A stretch of 41,969 nucleotides of DNA, from the IMG/VR virus record IMGVR_UViG_3300021961_000005; one strand, 5' to 3'. Made by a program: the position numbers and the translations under genes. Of the stretch, positions 1-7,052 are shown one piece after another (position 1 is the first letter of the stretch; each line of letters opens with the position of its first letter). The DNA is from a virus. The notes under the pieces were generated by a model. The model ran no database searches, was not told the origin of the DNA, and was given only the letters and a program-made list of their open reading frames with translations.

Positions 1-126
1 CGTCGATGACCTCCCGGTGCCAAGCACCGACGAGGATCGCGCCTTGCTCGGCATCGGCGCGCTGCCAGATGAAGTCGGCGGCCTCTGGGATCATCGACAC
101 GCCCATCTCGCGGCGCATGGTGGCGA
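1..126. repeat. Terminal overlap, left copy (identical to 41844..41969)
   Basis: Direct comparison of both window ends shows the same 126 nt. The repeat lies inside a helicase reading frame, so it is a circularisation overlap rather than a physical DTR. Confidence 0.95.
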
Positions 127-961
127 GGTTCTCGTCGTTCTGAGCGATGGCCTGCTCGATCTGAGCCATCGTCATCTTCTCGATTGCACGATTTATCGCG
201 GAGAGACCCGACACTTCGACCGCCAATCTGGTATGTGTAAGGGAGGGCATGCTCTCCCACACGTCGTCCAGCGTGCGGCGGGTCGCGCAGCTGGCGAGCA
301 TCTCGCCAAGCTCGTCCAGATTGCGCGACCCAACAGTCCTCTTCACGGGAAAGCGCGCGCATGCAAACTTGCGTTCCTGCACGATGCAGTAGCGCAGGTT
401 GAAGCGGTCGATGTTGAGCGCGCCGATCTTCTTCTTGATCTGCTGGGGCGCGGCCCGGAACAGGAATGGGATCAGATCGTCTGCCCAGCGGGTCATGGGC
501 GATCCGGTCAGGAACCAGCTGTGCTCGAACGCCTCAACCATGCCGCCCCGACCGAGGATGGCCTTGGTGCGCTTGGCCTTGGTGCTCTTCAGGGCGTGGC
601 TCTCATCGCAGATCAGGGCGGCGCGCATGCCGTTCAGCGGTTCGCGTGCCCACGCCATCAGCTCGTGCTGGCGCTTGGTCGCGATCTCGTATGAGCAGAT
701 CAAGATCTCGGACTGCTGGTCGATTTCGGTCGTGCCCTTGGCGAGGATCTGGACCTTTGCGCCGGTCCAGTTGGCAGCCTCCTGCGCCCACATGCGGAGC
801 GAGATGGGCGGGCCGATGATCACGGCGCGCAGCACTTCGGCCTCGATGGTGGCCTGCAAGGCGGTCAGGGTCTTGCCGGTGCCCATGCCATTGAAGCATC
901 CGGCGATCGTGCGTGACGCCAAGAACTTGGCGTCCTCAATCTGGTGGGGGAGCAGTTTCAT
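1..961 (-). CDS. SNF2/DEAH-family helicase, N-terminal part (continues across the circular junction into 41464..41843)
   Basis: My translation from the ATG at 961..959 reads MKLLPHQIEDAKFLASRTIAGCFNGMGTGKTLTAL. It has Walker A GMGTGKT (about 871-890) and motif II CDESH (596-610). The frame stays open to base 1 and is in phase with the C-terminal ORF at the other window end. The ORF track misses it because it has no in-window stop. Confidence 0.88.
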   Translation of the reverse strand, partial: MKLLPHQIEDAKFLASRTIAGCFNGMGTGKTLTALQATIEAEVLRAVIIGPPISLRMWAQEAANWTGAKVQILAKGTTEIDQQSEILICSYEIATKRQHELMAWAREPLNGMRAALICDESHALKSTKAKRTKAILGRGGMVEAFEHSWFLTGSPMTRWADDLIPFLFRAAPQQIKKKIGALNIDRFNLRYCIVQERKFACARFPVKRTVGSRNLDELGEMLASCATRRTLDDVWESMPSLTHTRLAVEVSGLSAINRAIEKMTMAQIEQAIAQNDENLATMRREMGVSMIPEAADFIWQRADAEQGAILVGAWHREVID

Positions 962-1015
962 GTGGTGTGTGTCCTACTTCGCTACGTCATACGGCACCCA
1001 GTGGGGTACAGGTGC

Positions 1016-1045
1016 ATCATATGATGCTGATCGGCGGCCCGTCAA
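1016..1045 (-). promoter_or_regulatory. Early promoter P2 (sigma70-like), upstream of the helicase gene
   Basis: The minus strand reads TTGACG (1045..1040), an 18-nt spacer containing CCGATCAGCATCA, then TATGAT (1021..1016). It aligns with P1 and P3. The -35 element overlaps the stop codon of the dcd-like gene. Confidence 0.55.
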
Positions 1046-1491
1046 GCGGTGATCGGGCCGACCGGTGCGTTTTCTTGGCCTTGGTATTTTCCATCGCCGT
1101 AATCGGCGGGCCACTCGAGGTGGTGGAACAGCACCTGCGCGATGCCTGCACCAGCTGGGATGTGGATCGTGCCGTGCCCGTGGTACACCAGCTCGAGCGT
1201 CAGCCAGCCATGCCAGCCGGGCTCGATCACGGTGTTGAAGACCGACAGCCCCTTGCGGGCCCATGTGCTCTTGTCATGCACGACGCCGACCAGCGTCTTG
1301 GGCATGTTGAAGCGCTCGACGGTGCTGGCGATGGCAAAGCGGGCATCCTCGCGCAGGAACAGCTCTTGCTTGATGCGGATGTCGTACCCTGCCTCGGACA
1401 GGCCGTAACTGACGCCATGCTCGCGCGCCTTGTGGTCGATCATGTTTTCGATTGGTGCCTCGTGCAGAAGCCCTTGGCCGTTCGTGATCAT
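1042..1491 (-). CDS. dcd: dCTP deaminase-like protein (dUTPase superfamily)
   Basis: Motifs GYDIRI, VHDKSTWARKGL, IEPGWHGWLTLEL and KYQGQ align with E. coli Dcd (GRSSLARLGL..IDPGW..LE..YRGQ). I chose the internal start MITNGQ at 1491, which forms an ATGA overlap with the upstream stop. Confidence 0.78.
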   Translation of the reverse strand: MITNGQGLLHEAPIENMIDHKAREHGVSYGLSEAGYDIRIKQELFLREDARFAIASTVERFNMPKTLVGVVHDKSTWARKGLSVFNTVIEPGWHGWLTLELVYHGHGTIHIPAGAGIAQVLFHHLEWPADYGDGKYQGQENAPVGPITA

Positions 1492-1682
1492 GCCTGCATC
1501 CCTTTGTGGCTGGCGAGATACCATCCGTTGCTCATGATGACCATATCTTCGTCGTCCAGCTCGATCAGGGCAGCCTGCACGCTGCGCTCCTCCTCGCCGA
1601 TCGCCTGCGATATTTTCGGCACTCGCGCTGCGATCTTGATGTCGCGCAGGTGCTGCATGATCTTATTTTTTACGTTTTCCAT
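1488..1682 (-). CDS. Hypothetical small protein (64 aa)
   Basis: ORF with TAAGGT 5 nt upstream of the ATG. Natural amino-acid composition. Its stop overlaps the next start (ATGA). Confidence 0.6.
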   Translation of the reverse strand: MENVKNKIMQHLRDIKIAARVPKISQAIGEEERSVQAALIELDDEDMVIMSNGWYLASHKGMQA

Positions 1683-1890
1683 GTGACCTTACCGCGATGT
1701 AGTGGTACTGATTTGGCTTGTCGGCTCGTTTACGAACCAACAATACCAGACCAGCATCGCATGCGTCCATAGCTTGCCTGCACACAGGGCCGCCTGCATA
1801 CTCTCCGGTGTGATATATCACCCGTGATCCGGGCACAGCATCGCGCGCCCATAGATCGAACGGCCCTATCAACGTCTTGATGTCAGTCAT
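1663..1890 (-). CDS. Hypothetical protein (75 aa)
   Basis: ORF whose ATG forms an ATGA overlap with the upstream stop at 1887-1890. Confidence 0.6.
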   Translation of the reverse strand: MTDIKTLIGPFDLWARDAVPGSRVIYHTGEYAGGPVCRQAMDACDAGLVLLVRKRADKPNQYHYIAVRSHGKRKK

Positions 1891-2246
1891 TGGTCGGCCC
1901 CTTCCAGCTTGCGGAGCAACGCTTCCAGTCGCCGCGCAAAATCCTCATCAAATTTCCAACTGCAATAGTAAATAGCCCAAAGTTTTGAAATCTCGGCGCG
2001 AATATCGCCGTAAATCTCGTGCGCCAAAAGCTGGATAGCCCGCTGCTTGATCTGGGGGAGTTCGGAAGGCTTACCGGTAAGGCTCACATAGCAGGTGGCG
2101 GTGAACGTGTACTGGTATTCGCGGTCGAAGTGCGGGCTAATTGATTGATCGGCCTCGACCAGAAAGGTATCAGTCGGCTCATAGTGATCCGGAACAGCCA
2201 TTCCCTGAACGGCTTTCAAATTCTCGAATACTTTTAACATGGTCAT
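1887..2246 (-). CDS. Hypothetical protein (119 aa)
   Basis: I chose the internal start MTMLKVF because GGAGG lies 7 nt upstream (minus strand TTTGGAGGTAGTAGAATG). The longer N-terminal extension in the ORF track overlaps the neighbouring gene. Confidence 0.65.
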   Translation of the reverse strand: MTMLKVFENLKAVQGMAVPDHYEPTDTFLVEADQSISPHFDREYQYTFTATCYVSLTGKPSELPQIKQRAIQLLAHEIYGDIRAEISKLWAIYYCSWKFDEDFARRLEALLRKLEGADQ

Positions 2247-2250
2247 TCTA

Positions 2251-2481
2251 CTACCTCCAAATTGCAGCCACGCGGCTGATGAAATAAACAGCGCCGGACA
2301 TGGCAACGGCAAGAAATGCCAAGGCAATTGCAAGCGCGGTACAATCCACCCAGCGCGACGAATACGGGTCGCGGCCCGGGCAATCGCTGATCCGGTCGCT
2401 AGGGCAACCGCATTCCGGCCAGTATGGGCATTTTTCGTAATCGTGGGCAACTGTTATGCGTTCTGGTGCGGTCATGTCCAT
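2251..2481 (-). CDS. Small Cys-rich membrane protein (76 aa)
   Basis: The N-terminal half contains CPYWPECGCP..DCP. The C-terminal segment ALAIALAFLAVAMSGAVYFI is hydrophobic. AAAGGA SD precedes the ATG. Confidence 0.6.
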   Translation of the reverse strand: MDMTAPERITVAHDYEKCPYWPECGCPSDRISDCPGRDPYSSRWVDCTALAIALAFLAVAMSGAVYFISRVAAIWR

Positions 2482-2714
2482 TCCTTTCTATCTCCAATCT
2501 CTCTGGCGGCGTCATAGCCCGCGAAATACGCCGCGCGCTGTTCGTCAGTTAGGGATGTAACCCGTTTCGATATCCCAGTTCCGCCGATAAAAAAATGAGG
2601 CTCCGGGCTTCGGTGGTAGTAGAAATCCGCAGCGCCCCGATCATATGGCCCGCCGTGGCGGGGGCCGTTTGGCCCCAGCCTTGCCAGCTCCGCCTCAAGC
2701 TCGGGCGGCAGCAC
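2472..2714 (-). CDS. Hypothetical protein (80 aa, GTG start)
   Basis: The start codon is GTG (plus strand cac at 2712-2714) and overlaps the upstream gene by 20 nt. The GPYDRGAADFYYHRSPEPH motif resembles a small conserved phage protein (from memory). The start position is uncertain. Confidence 0.5.
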   Translation of the reverse strand: MLPPELEAELARLGPNGPRHGGPYDRGAADFYYHRSPEPHFFIGGTGISKRVTSLTDEQRAAYFAGYDAAREIGDRKEWT

Positions 2715-2973
2715 GGGCGCGCTCGAACATGATGTCGGTGATCTCGCGCATGACGATGCGGTGCGCGGCGTCGATGCGGGGGTACATGCCCTCGAGCTTG
2801 AGCAGGTGATAGGCGGCGAGGCCGTTCATCAGGTCGCTCTCCTTGGTGTCGTGACCGCGCTCGGCCAACGCGATCGCAAAGGTGTTGCCCAGCTCGCGGA
2901 TCTCGGCGAAGGCGTTGTCTTGGCTGATCATCGATGTGCCGCCGTCGACGTTCTTGTACATGGTCATTTTCAT
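2695..2973 (-). CDS. Hypothetical protein (92 aa)
   Basis: Preceded by the leader CACACCACAGGAGACCCCACCATG. Confidence 0.65.
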   Translation of the reverse strand: MKMTMYKNVDGGTSMISQDNAFAEIRELGNTFAIALAERGHDTKESDLMNGLAAYHLLKLEGMYPRIDAAHRIVMREITDIMFERARAAARA

Positions 2974-2998
2974 GGTGGGGTCTCCTGTGGTGTGGTTG

Positions 2999-3018
2999 GC
3001 GGTCGCTTATGCGACCGC
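2999..3018 (-). promoter_or_regulatory. Intercistronic RNA hairpin straddling a stop codon
   Basis: GCGGTCGC / TTAT / GCGACCGC gives an 8-bp stem. The loop contains the TAA of the 3007..3345 gene. There is no U tract. Confidence 0.5.
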
Positions 3019-3345
3019 TATGATTTCGATGTGGCGGGCGGCGTTGTGCTCGATGGCTTCAGCTTCCCAGTGCTTGATCAGCGCGTCAACGCTGGCAAAG
3101 CCCTGCTCTTTGGCCATTTTGGCCCAATGGCGACGAATGGCGGGGTTTTTGCGATCACGCGCCGAGGGTCCGGTCCACATCTGCGACTGCGCTGCTTTGG
3201 CGGCATTGGCGCGGTCGGCGCTGAAACCTTTAGCTTCGATCTTGCCGTCAGCGGTGCGGATAATGGCCCAAGCGAAGGCGTAGGCGTGATTGCTGTTCCG
3301 GGTGACGGTCTCGCCGGTGCTGAAAGTTGCGGTAAAGTGGGTCAT
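3007..3345 (-). CDS. Hypothetical protein (112 aa)
   Basis: Preceded by the leader CACACCACGGAGACCACACCATG. Confidence 0.65.
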   Translation of the reverse strand: MTHFTATFSTGETVTRNSNHAYAFAWAIIRTADGKIEAKGFSADRANAAKAAQSQMWTGPSARDRKNPAIRRHWAKMAKEQGFASVDALIKHWEAEAIEHNAARHIEIIAVA

Positions 3346-3372
3346 GGTGTGGTCTCCGTGGTGTGGGTGGGT

Positions 3373-3388
3373 GGGGGCCGAAGCCCCC
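3373..3388 (-). promoter_or_regulatory. Intercistronic hairpin with UUCG tetraloop on the minus-strand RNA
   Basis: The plus strand reads GGGGGC CGAA GCCCCC, so the minus transcript reads GGGGGC UUCG GCCCCC. It lies 5 nt downstream of the stop of the 3394..3549 ORF. Confidence 0.5.
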
Positions 3389-3393
3389 TGTTG

Positions 3394-3549
3394 TTAAGCG
3401 TTAAGCCATTCTTGCGCGCGGTCATGGGCGGCTGGATCGGAGCGTTCACCAAAGTTTGCCCAACATGTGCGGCCAATGTAACCCATGATTGACCCGCGAA
3501 CCGTGATGCGGATTGTGCGCTTTCCTTTGGGCTGTTCTGTTGCGGTCAT
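3394..3549 (-). CDS. First early gene, small protein (51 aa; below the ORF-track cutoff)
   Basis: My translation is MTATEQPKGKRTIRITVRGSIMGYIGRTCWANFGERSDPAAHDRAQEWLNA. Its leader CACACCACAGGAGCTTGACCATG nearly matches the leader of the 36177..36617 gene. It lies directly downstream of promoter P1. Confidence 0.5.
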   Translation of the reverse strand: MTATEQPKGKRTIRITVRGSIMGYIGRTCWANFGERSDPAAHDRAQEWLNA

Positions 3550-3600
3550 GGTCAAGCTCCTGTGGTGTGGCGGGGCCGGTGGCCCGTTGCTGATGAGCCA

Positions 3601-3629
3601 GATATATGATGCTGATCAGCAGCTGACAA
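3601..3629 (-). promoter_or_regulatory. Early promoter P1 (sigma70-like), leftward
   Basis: The minus strand reads TTGTCA (3629..3624), a 17-nt spacer GCTGCTGATCAGCATCA, then TATATC (3606..3601). Confidence 0.6.
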
Positions 3630-3655
3630 GGGGGTGCGCGAAAATTTTTCATGGA

Positions 3656-3685
3656 TTGACCGATGGCGGGGCGTGAGCCTATGCT
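3656..3685 (+). promoter_or_regulatory. Rightward promoter candidate for the primase/late arm
   Basis: TTGACC (3656-3661), an 18-nt spacer, then TATGCT (3680-3685). It is divergent from P1. Confidence 0.5.
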
Positions 3686-3702
3686 GGGGGTCCAAGAAAA
3701 AG

Positions 3703-3728
3703 GGCCCCACCGGGTGAGCGGTGGGGCC
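3703..3728 (+). promoter_or_regulatory. 5-prime leader stem-loop of the primase transcript
   Basis: GGCCCCACCG / GGTGAG / CGGTGGGGCC forms a perfect 10-bp stem. It sits about 10-20 nt downstream of the predicted TSS and 100 nt upstream of the ATG at 3828. Confidence 0.5.
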
Positions 3729-3827
3729 AGTTCAGGGAGGTTCTGTGCGAGATATCTCCCGGCGGTATCAAGCAATACCACCATATCTCGTGCATGTGCC
3801 TTCCGTCAACACCAGATGGAGTGCAAA

Positions 3828-5912
3828 ATGACTAAGTTGAAACAAGCCGCGATACAGCTGGCAGAGGATGGTTTCTGGGTTTTCCCGTGCCGTGCAGGCA
3901 CCAAGATCCCGGCGATCAAGGGCTACCTCGAAACGAAAATGACGGTCGAGGACGTCGAGCGGTGGTGGGACAAGCACCCGAACGACAACATTGGCATGTG
4001 CCCGGAGACCAATGGTCTCGTGGTGCTCGACCTCGACACATACAAGCCAGAGTGCAACTGGGATCGGGACGTGCCGGAGACGATGATGGTGCGCTCGGCC
4101 AGTGATGGCGAGCATCATTATTTCGAGGATGCAGGGCACCGGTTCCCGGGCAAGTTCGGCGGCTACGAGGCGGTCGACATCAAGCACCGGGGCGTCGTCG
4201 TGCTGCCACCGTCTCGGTTCGAGAACGGCTCGTACGAATGGGGCAATGATCTGCCTGCGGCGGAGCTGCCCAAGTGGTTCCCGACCAAGGTGCAGGTCGA
4301 GGTTGACCCTATGGCAGCTGCGCTGATGTCCGCCAAGCGCGGGTCTGATGACGGCAAGCTCATCGAGGTGGTGCGCGCAGCACCAAACCAGATCGAGGAT
4401 CGCGAGGCGTGGCTGGCGATCGGGCACGCGCTGCACTTCGAGTATTGCGGCACAGCACACGAAGAGCGGGCGCGGCAGGCGTGGATCGATTGGTGCCGCC
4501 GGTGGGAGATCCGGGGCTCGGATCTCGACAAGCTCGAGTATGAGGCCAAGAAGATGTGGGACAACGCGGCGTCCCCGGAAGATGTGCTGGCCAGCGGCAA
4601 GACCCCGATGCGTGGCGGCACGATCATGCACTACCTGCGACCCAAGCCAGCGGAGATGCCGCAGGTGAACCTAGACGATGGCGAGTACGTCGCGATCGAT
4701 GGTGACCAGCTGCTGCGGACGGAGCTGCCAGATATCGACTGGATCATCGACGACATGATCCCTGCTGGTGACCTGATCTCGATCGCGGGGCCCAGCGGCG
4801 TCGGCAAGACACGCTACATCTCGCTGCTGATCGCATGCCTGCTGACCGGGCGCACCGACCTGATGGGTCTGCCTGCAGCCAACAAGCCGATCTCTACGCT
4901 ATACTTTGCCAACGAGGAAAAGGGCGAAGATCTGCAGCGCAGGATCAAGGCAGCGATGCACGCCAATGGTTTGGTCGGCGGCAAGCGGTCATGGGTCAGA
5001 GGCAAGGACGCGGGCCGCGTGCGGTTCCTCAAGCAGCACGATGGCATGCTGGTGCCTGACCTCGATCTGCTCGACGCGATCATCGAGAAGGTCAAGAAAG
5101 ACGACATCGAGCTGGTGATCTTCGACCCCTTCAACACGCTGGGCGGTGAGGAAGAGAACAGCGCAGCCAGCGTCGATCAGATCATCACCTGCTTCCAATA
5201 CATCGCGCAGCACACAGGCGCTGCCGTGATGTTCATCCATCACACGCCAAAGGATCGCAGCGAAGCACCAGACGCGCTGAGCGGTGACAGCAACGCATGG
5301 CGGGGGTCAGGCGCGATCTTCTCTGCCCTTGACGAGGGCTTCACGCTGTTCCCGTACCTGCCGCCCAGCTGCCGTGTGGGGAAGAATGCCAAGGACAACC
5401 GGCGCAAGCTCTTCCAGATGCAGCGCGATGGCCAGATCGGTCGCTACATCGTCGCCGAGCACGCCAAGCAACGTGAAGGCGAGACACTGCCTGCCACAGC
5501 CTACATGTTCGTGTCGCACCCGGTGAAGACCGGCGGCAAGCCGATCGGTGCGCTGCAGTGGGTGCCGCTGTCTGATGCTGAGAGCGAGCTGGAGGACGCG
5601 CTGAGCGGCGTCACGGCGCTGGCTGATGCAGGGCAGCGGGTGGCATGGGCAAGCGCTCTGGTGTCGATGCTGGGCGAGGGTGAGCACTTCGTGACCCTGA
5701 CCTCGATCGATCAGTTCTTCCGCGCCAATCACGTCGAGCACTGGGATCATGACGGCAAGGACAAGATCCTCAAGAGCCGTGGACGCGGTGCAAAACTGCT
5801 CGAGGTGATGGCGTCGCAGACCCGTGCTGTCGACCATTTTGTGGCACTGGATTGGGATGAAAAGCGGACGCCTACGAAGCGGCTGAAAGTCCTGATCCGC
5901 GTCAGCTTCTGA
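3828..5912 (+). CDS. Bifunctional primase-polymerase (PrimPol) / PriCT / RecA-type (DnaB/RepA-like) helicase fusion
   Basis: The N-terminal part has archaeo-eukaryotic primase motifs: DGFWVFPC..GTKIP, VVLDLD, GEHHYF and VDIKHRGVVVLPPS. The middle has a PriCT-like helix, EDREAWLAIGHALHFEY. The C-terminal part has Walker A GPSGVGKT and Walker B ELVIFDPFN. I chose the start at 3828 (GGAG 7 nt upstream) over the R/G-rich upstream extension. Confidence 0.9.
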   Translation: MTKLKQAAIQLAEDGFWVFPCRAGTKIPAIKGYLETKMTVEDVERWWDKHPNDNIGMCPETNGLVVLDLDTYKPECNWDRDVPETMMVRSASDGEHHYFEDAGHRFPGKFGGYEAVDIKHRGVVVLPPSRFENGSYEWGNDLPAAELPKWFPTKVQVEVDPMAAALMSAKRGSDDGKLIEVVRAAPNQIEDREAWLAIGHALHFEYCGTAHEERARQAWIDWCRRWEIRGSDLDKLEYEAKKMWDNAASPEDVLASGKTPMRGGTIMHYLRPKPAEMPQVNLDDGEYVAIDGDQLLRTELPDIDWIIDDMIPAGDLISIAGPSGVGKTRYISLLIACLLTGRTDLMGLPAANKPISTLYFANEEKGEDLQRRIKAAMHANGLVGGKRSWVRGKDAGRVRFLKQHDGMLVPDLDLLDAIIEKVKKDDIELVIFDPFNTLGGEEENSAASVDQIITCFQYIAQHTGAAVMFIHHTPKDRSEAPDALSGDSNAWRGSGAIFSALDEGFTLFPYLPPSCRVGKNAKDNRRKLFQMQRDGQIGRYIVAEHAKQREGETLPATAYMFVSHPVKTGGKPIGALQWVPLSDAESELEDALSGVTALADAGQRVAWASALVSMLGEGEHFVTLTSIDQFFRANHVEHWDHDGKDKILKSRGRGAKLLEVMASQTRAVDHFVALDWDEKRTPTKRLKVLIRVSF

Positions 5913-6082
5913 GGTGCAAGGTGCAAGAGGTGCATGCACCTAAGATATGGAAAGTCTAATGAAATCAATACGTTACATGCAATTAGGTGATGCACCTCTG
6001 CACCTACAAAACCCAATAAAATCAAGGGGTTATATAGGTGCAAATACTGCCCCCCTAAAGGGGGGCCTAACGGTTTGCACCT
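5912..6082. repeat. Iteron cluster in AT-rich DNA: putative origin of replication
   Basis: There are eight copies of the heptamer AGGTGCA. Four are forward (GGTGCA at 5913, 5920, 5929, 6037) and four reverse (TGCACC at 5935, 5991, 5999, 6076). They include the palindrome GGTGCATGCACC (5929-5940). A hand count gives about 40% GC over 5941-6060 against more than 60% in the flanks. The cluster lies immediately 3-prime of the primase-helicase gene. Confidence 0.6.
6050..6065. promoter_or_regulatory. CCCCCC-TAAA-GGGGGG hairpin within the origin region
   Basis: Perfect 6-bp G/C stem with a 4-nt loop. Confidence 0.4.
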
Positions 6083-6147
6083 CGGCCCCATTTGGGGGTG
6101 GCTGGCAGGTGTTCCGATTGGCTTGTTCTCAGGGTCAAAAAATACAA

Positions 6148-6196
6148 AGACCCCAGTCAGCATCTGAGGGAGGAGTTTTCAGATCGACTGGGGTCT
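6148..6196 (+). promoter_or_regulatory. Long interrupted hairpin with SD-like loop
   Basis: AGACCCCAGTC (6148-6158) pairs with GACTGGGGTCT (6186-6196). An inner stem pairs ATCTGA (6162-6167) with TCAGAT (6179-6184). The 11-nt loop reads GGGAGGAGTTT. No U tract follows. Confidence 0.45.
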
Positions 6197-6245
6197 TCGG
6201 AGCTGTTAAGCTCTGCCCACACCACATGAGCAAGGAGATGTTAGC

Positions 6246-6716
6246 ATGAGCAGCAGACGTATTCTAGGGGTCGATCCCGGCCAGACCGGCGGGCTGGCGA
6301 TCTTGCACGGCGGGCGGTTGGTCAAGGGCACGCGGATGCCGGTGGTCGAGCTGCGCGGCAAGAAGCAGGTCGATGCTCGGGCGGTCGTCGATTGGTGGGG
6401 CGACTGCATGGTGCCGTTCGATGTCGCTGTGATCGAGGCGGTGCACGCGATGCCGAAGCAGGGCGTCAGCAGCAGCTTCCAGTTCGGGCGGATGCTGGGT
6501 GGCATCGAGGCGCTGGTGTTCAGCGTCGGCAGGCCGGTGCATTACGTCACGCCTGCTGCTTGGAAGAAGGCGATGGGCCTGAGCAGCGACAAGCAGGCCA
6601 GCATCGACGCTGCCAAGATCATGTTTGGTAGCGACGCAGATGCGCTGCTCAAGCACAAAGCAGACGATGGGGTTGCCGAAGCGGCCCTCATTGCGGCATA
6701 CTGGGCCAAACAGTAA
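6246..6716 (+). CDS. RuvC-like Holliday-junction resolvase
   Basis: ILGVDPGQTGG provides the first catalytic Asp. AVIEAV and KADDGVAEAALIA provide the later acidic residues typical of the RuvC/RNase H fold. The leader contains CACACCAC and AAGGAG. Confidence 0.78.
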   Translation: MSSRRILGVDPGQTGGLAILHGGRLVKGTRMPVVELRGKKQVDARAVVDWWGDCMVPFDVAVIEAVHAMPKQGVSSSFQFGRMLGGIEALVFSVGRPVHYVTPAAWKKAMGLSSDKQASIDAAKIMFGSDADALLKHKADDGVAEAALIAAYWAKQ

Positions 6717-6734
6717 AGAGGAGATCACCTGCTG

Positions 6735-7052
6735 ATGGCTGCGAAGAAAGGCACCATGCCACCTGCCGCAGGGCAAGGACGCCGAAGAGGCTCGAAGAAT
6801 AAAACCACGGTTTTGCTCAAGGAGGCTATCGAGGAGAGCTTTGCCAACGTCGGCGGCGCTGAGTATCTGACGCAGATGGCGCAGCTCGAGCCGAAGGCGT
6901 ACCTGACGCTGCTGGCGAAGATCCTGCCCGCGAAGATCGAGGCCGACATCAACGTGTTCCAAGGCACCGCCTTGGTCGAACGATTGCAGCAAGGGCGCAG
7001 TCTGGCGTCGCAGCTGCTGGAGGAAGCAGATGACGAACACCGCGTACACTAG
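6735..7052 (+). CDS. Putative small terminase subunit
   Basis: It lies upstream of terL. The basic N-terminus GQGRRRGSKNKTT resembles the GRPKGSKN motif common in phage TerS-like proteins, followed by a helical remainder. The assignment rests on motif and position only. Confidence 0.45.
   Translation: MAAKKGTMPPAAGQGRRRGSKNKTTVLLKEAIEESFANVGGAEYLTQMAQLEPKAYLTLLAKILPAKIEADINVFQGTALVERLQQGRSLASQLLEEADDEHRVH

Noticed and set aside
1-126. Genuine T7-like direct terminal repeat
   Set aside because: The repeat is internal to the helicase coding frame, and the gene is complete only when the ends are joined. It is interpreted as an assembly or circular-permutation overlap.
5947-6249. 100-aa plus-strand ORF (and minus ORF 5747..6163) across the AT-rich gap
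   Set aside because: The region is the iteron and hairpin cluster, has atypical composition, and has no SD. It is better explained as a non-coding origin or regulatory region.
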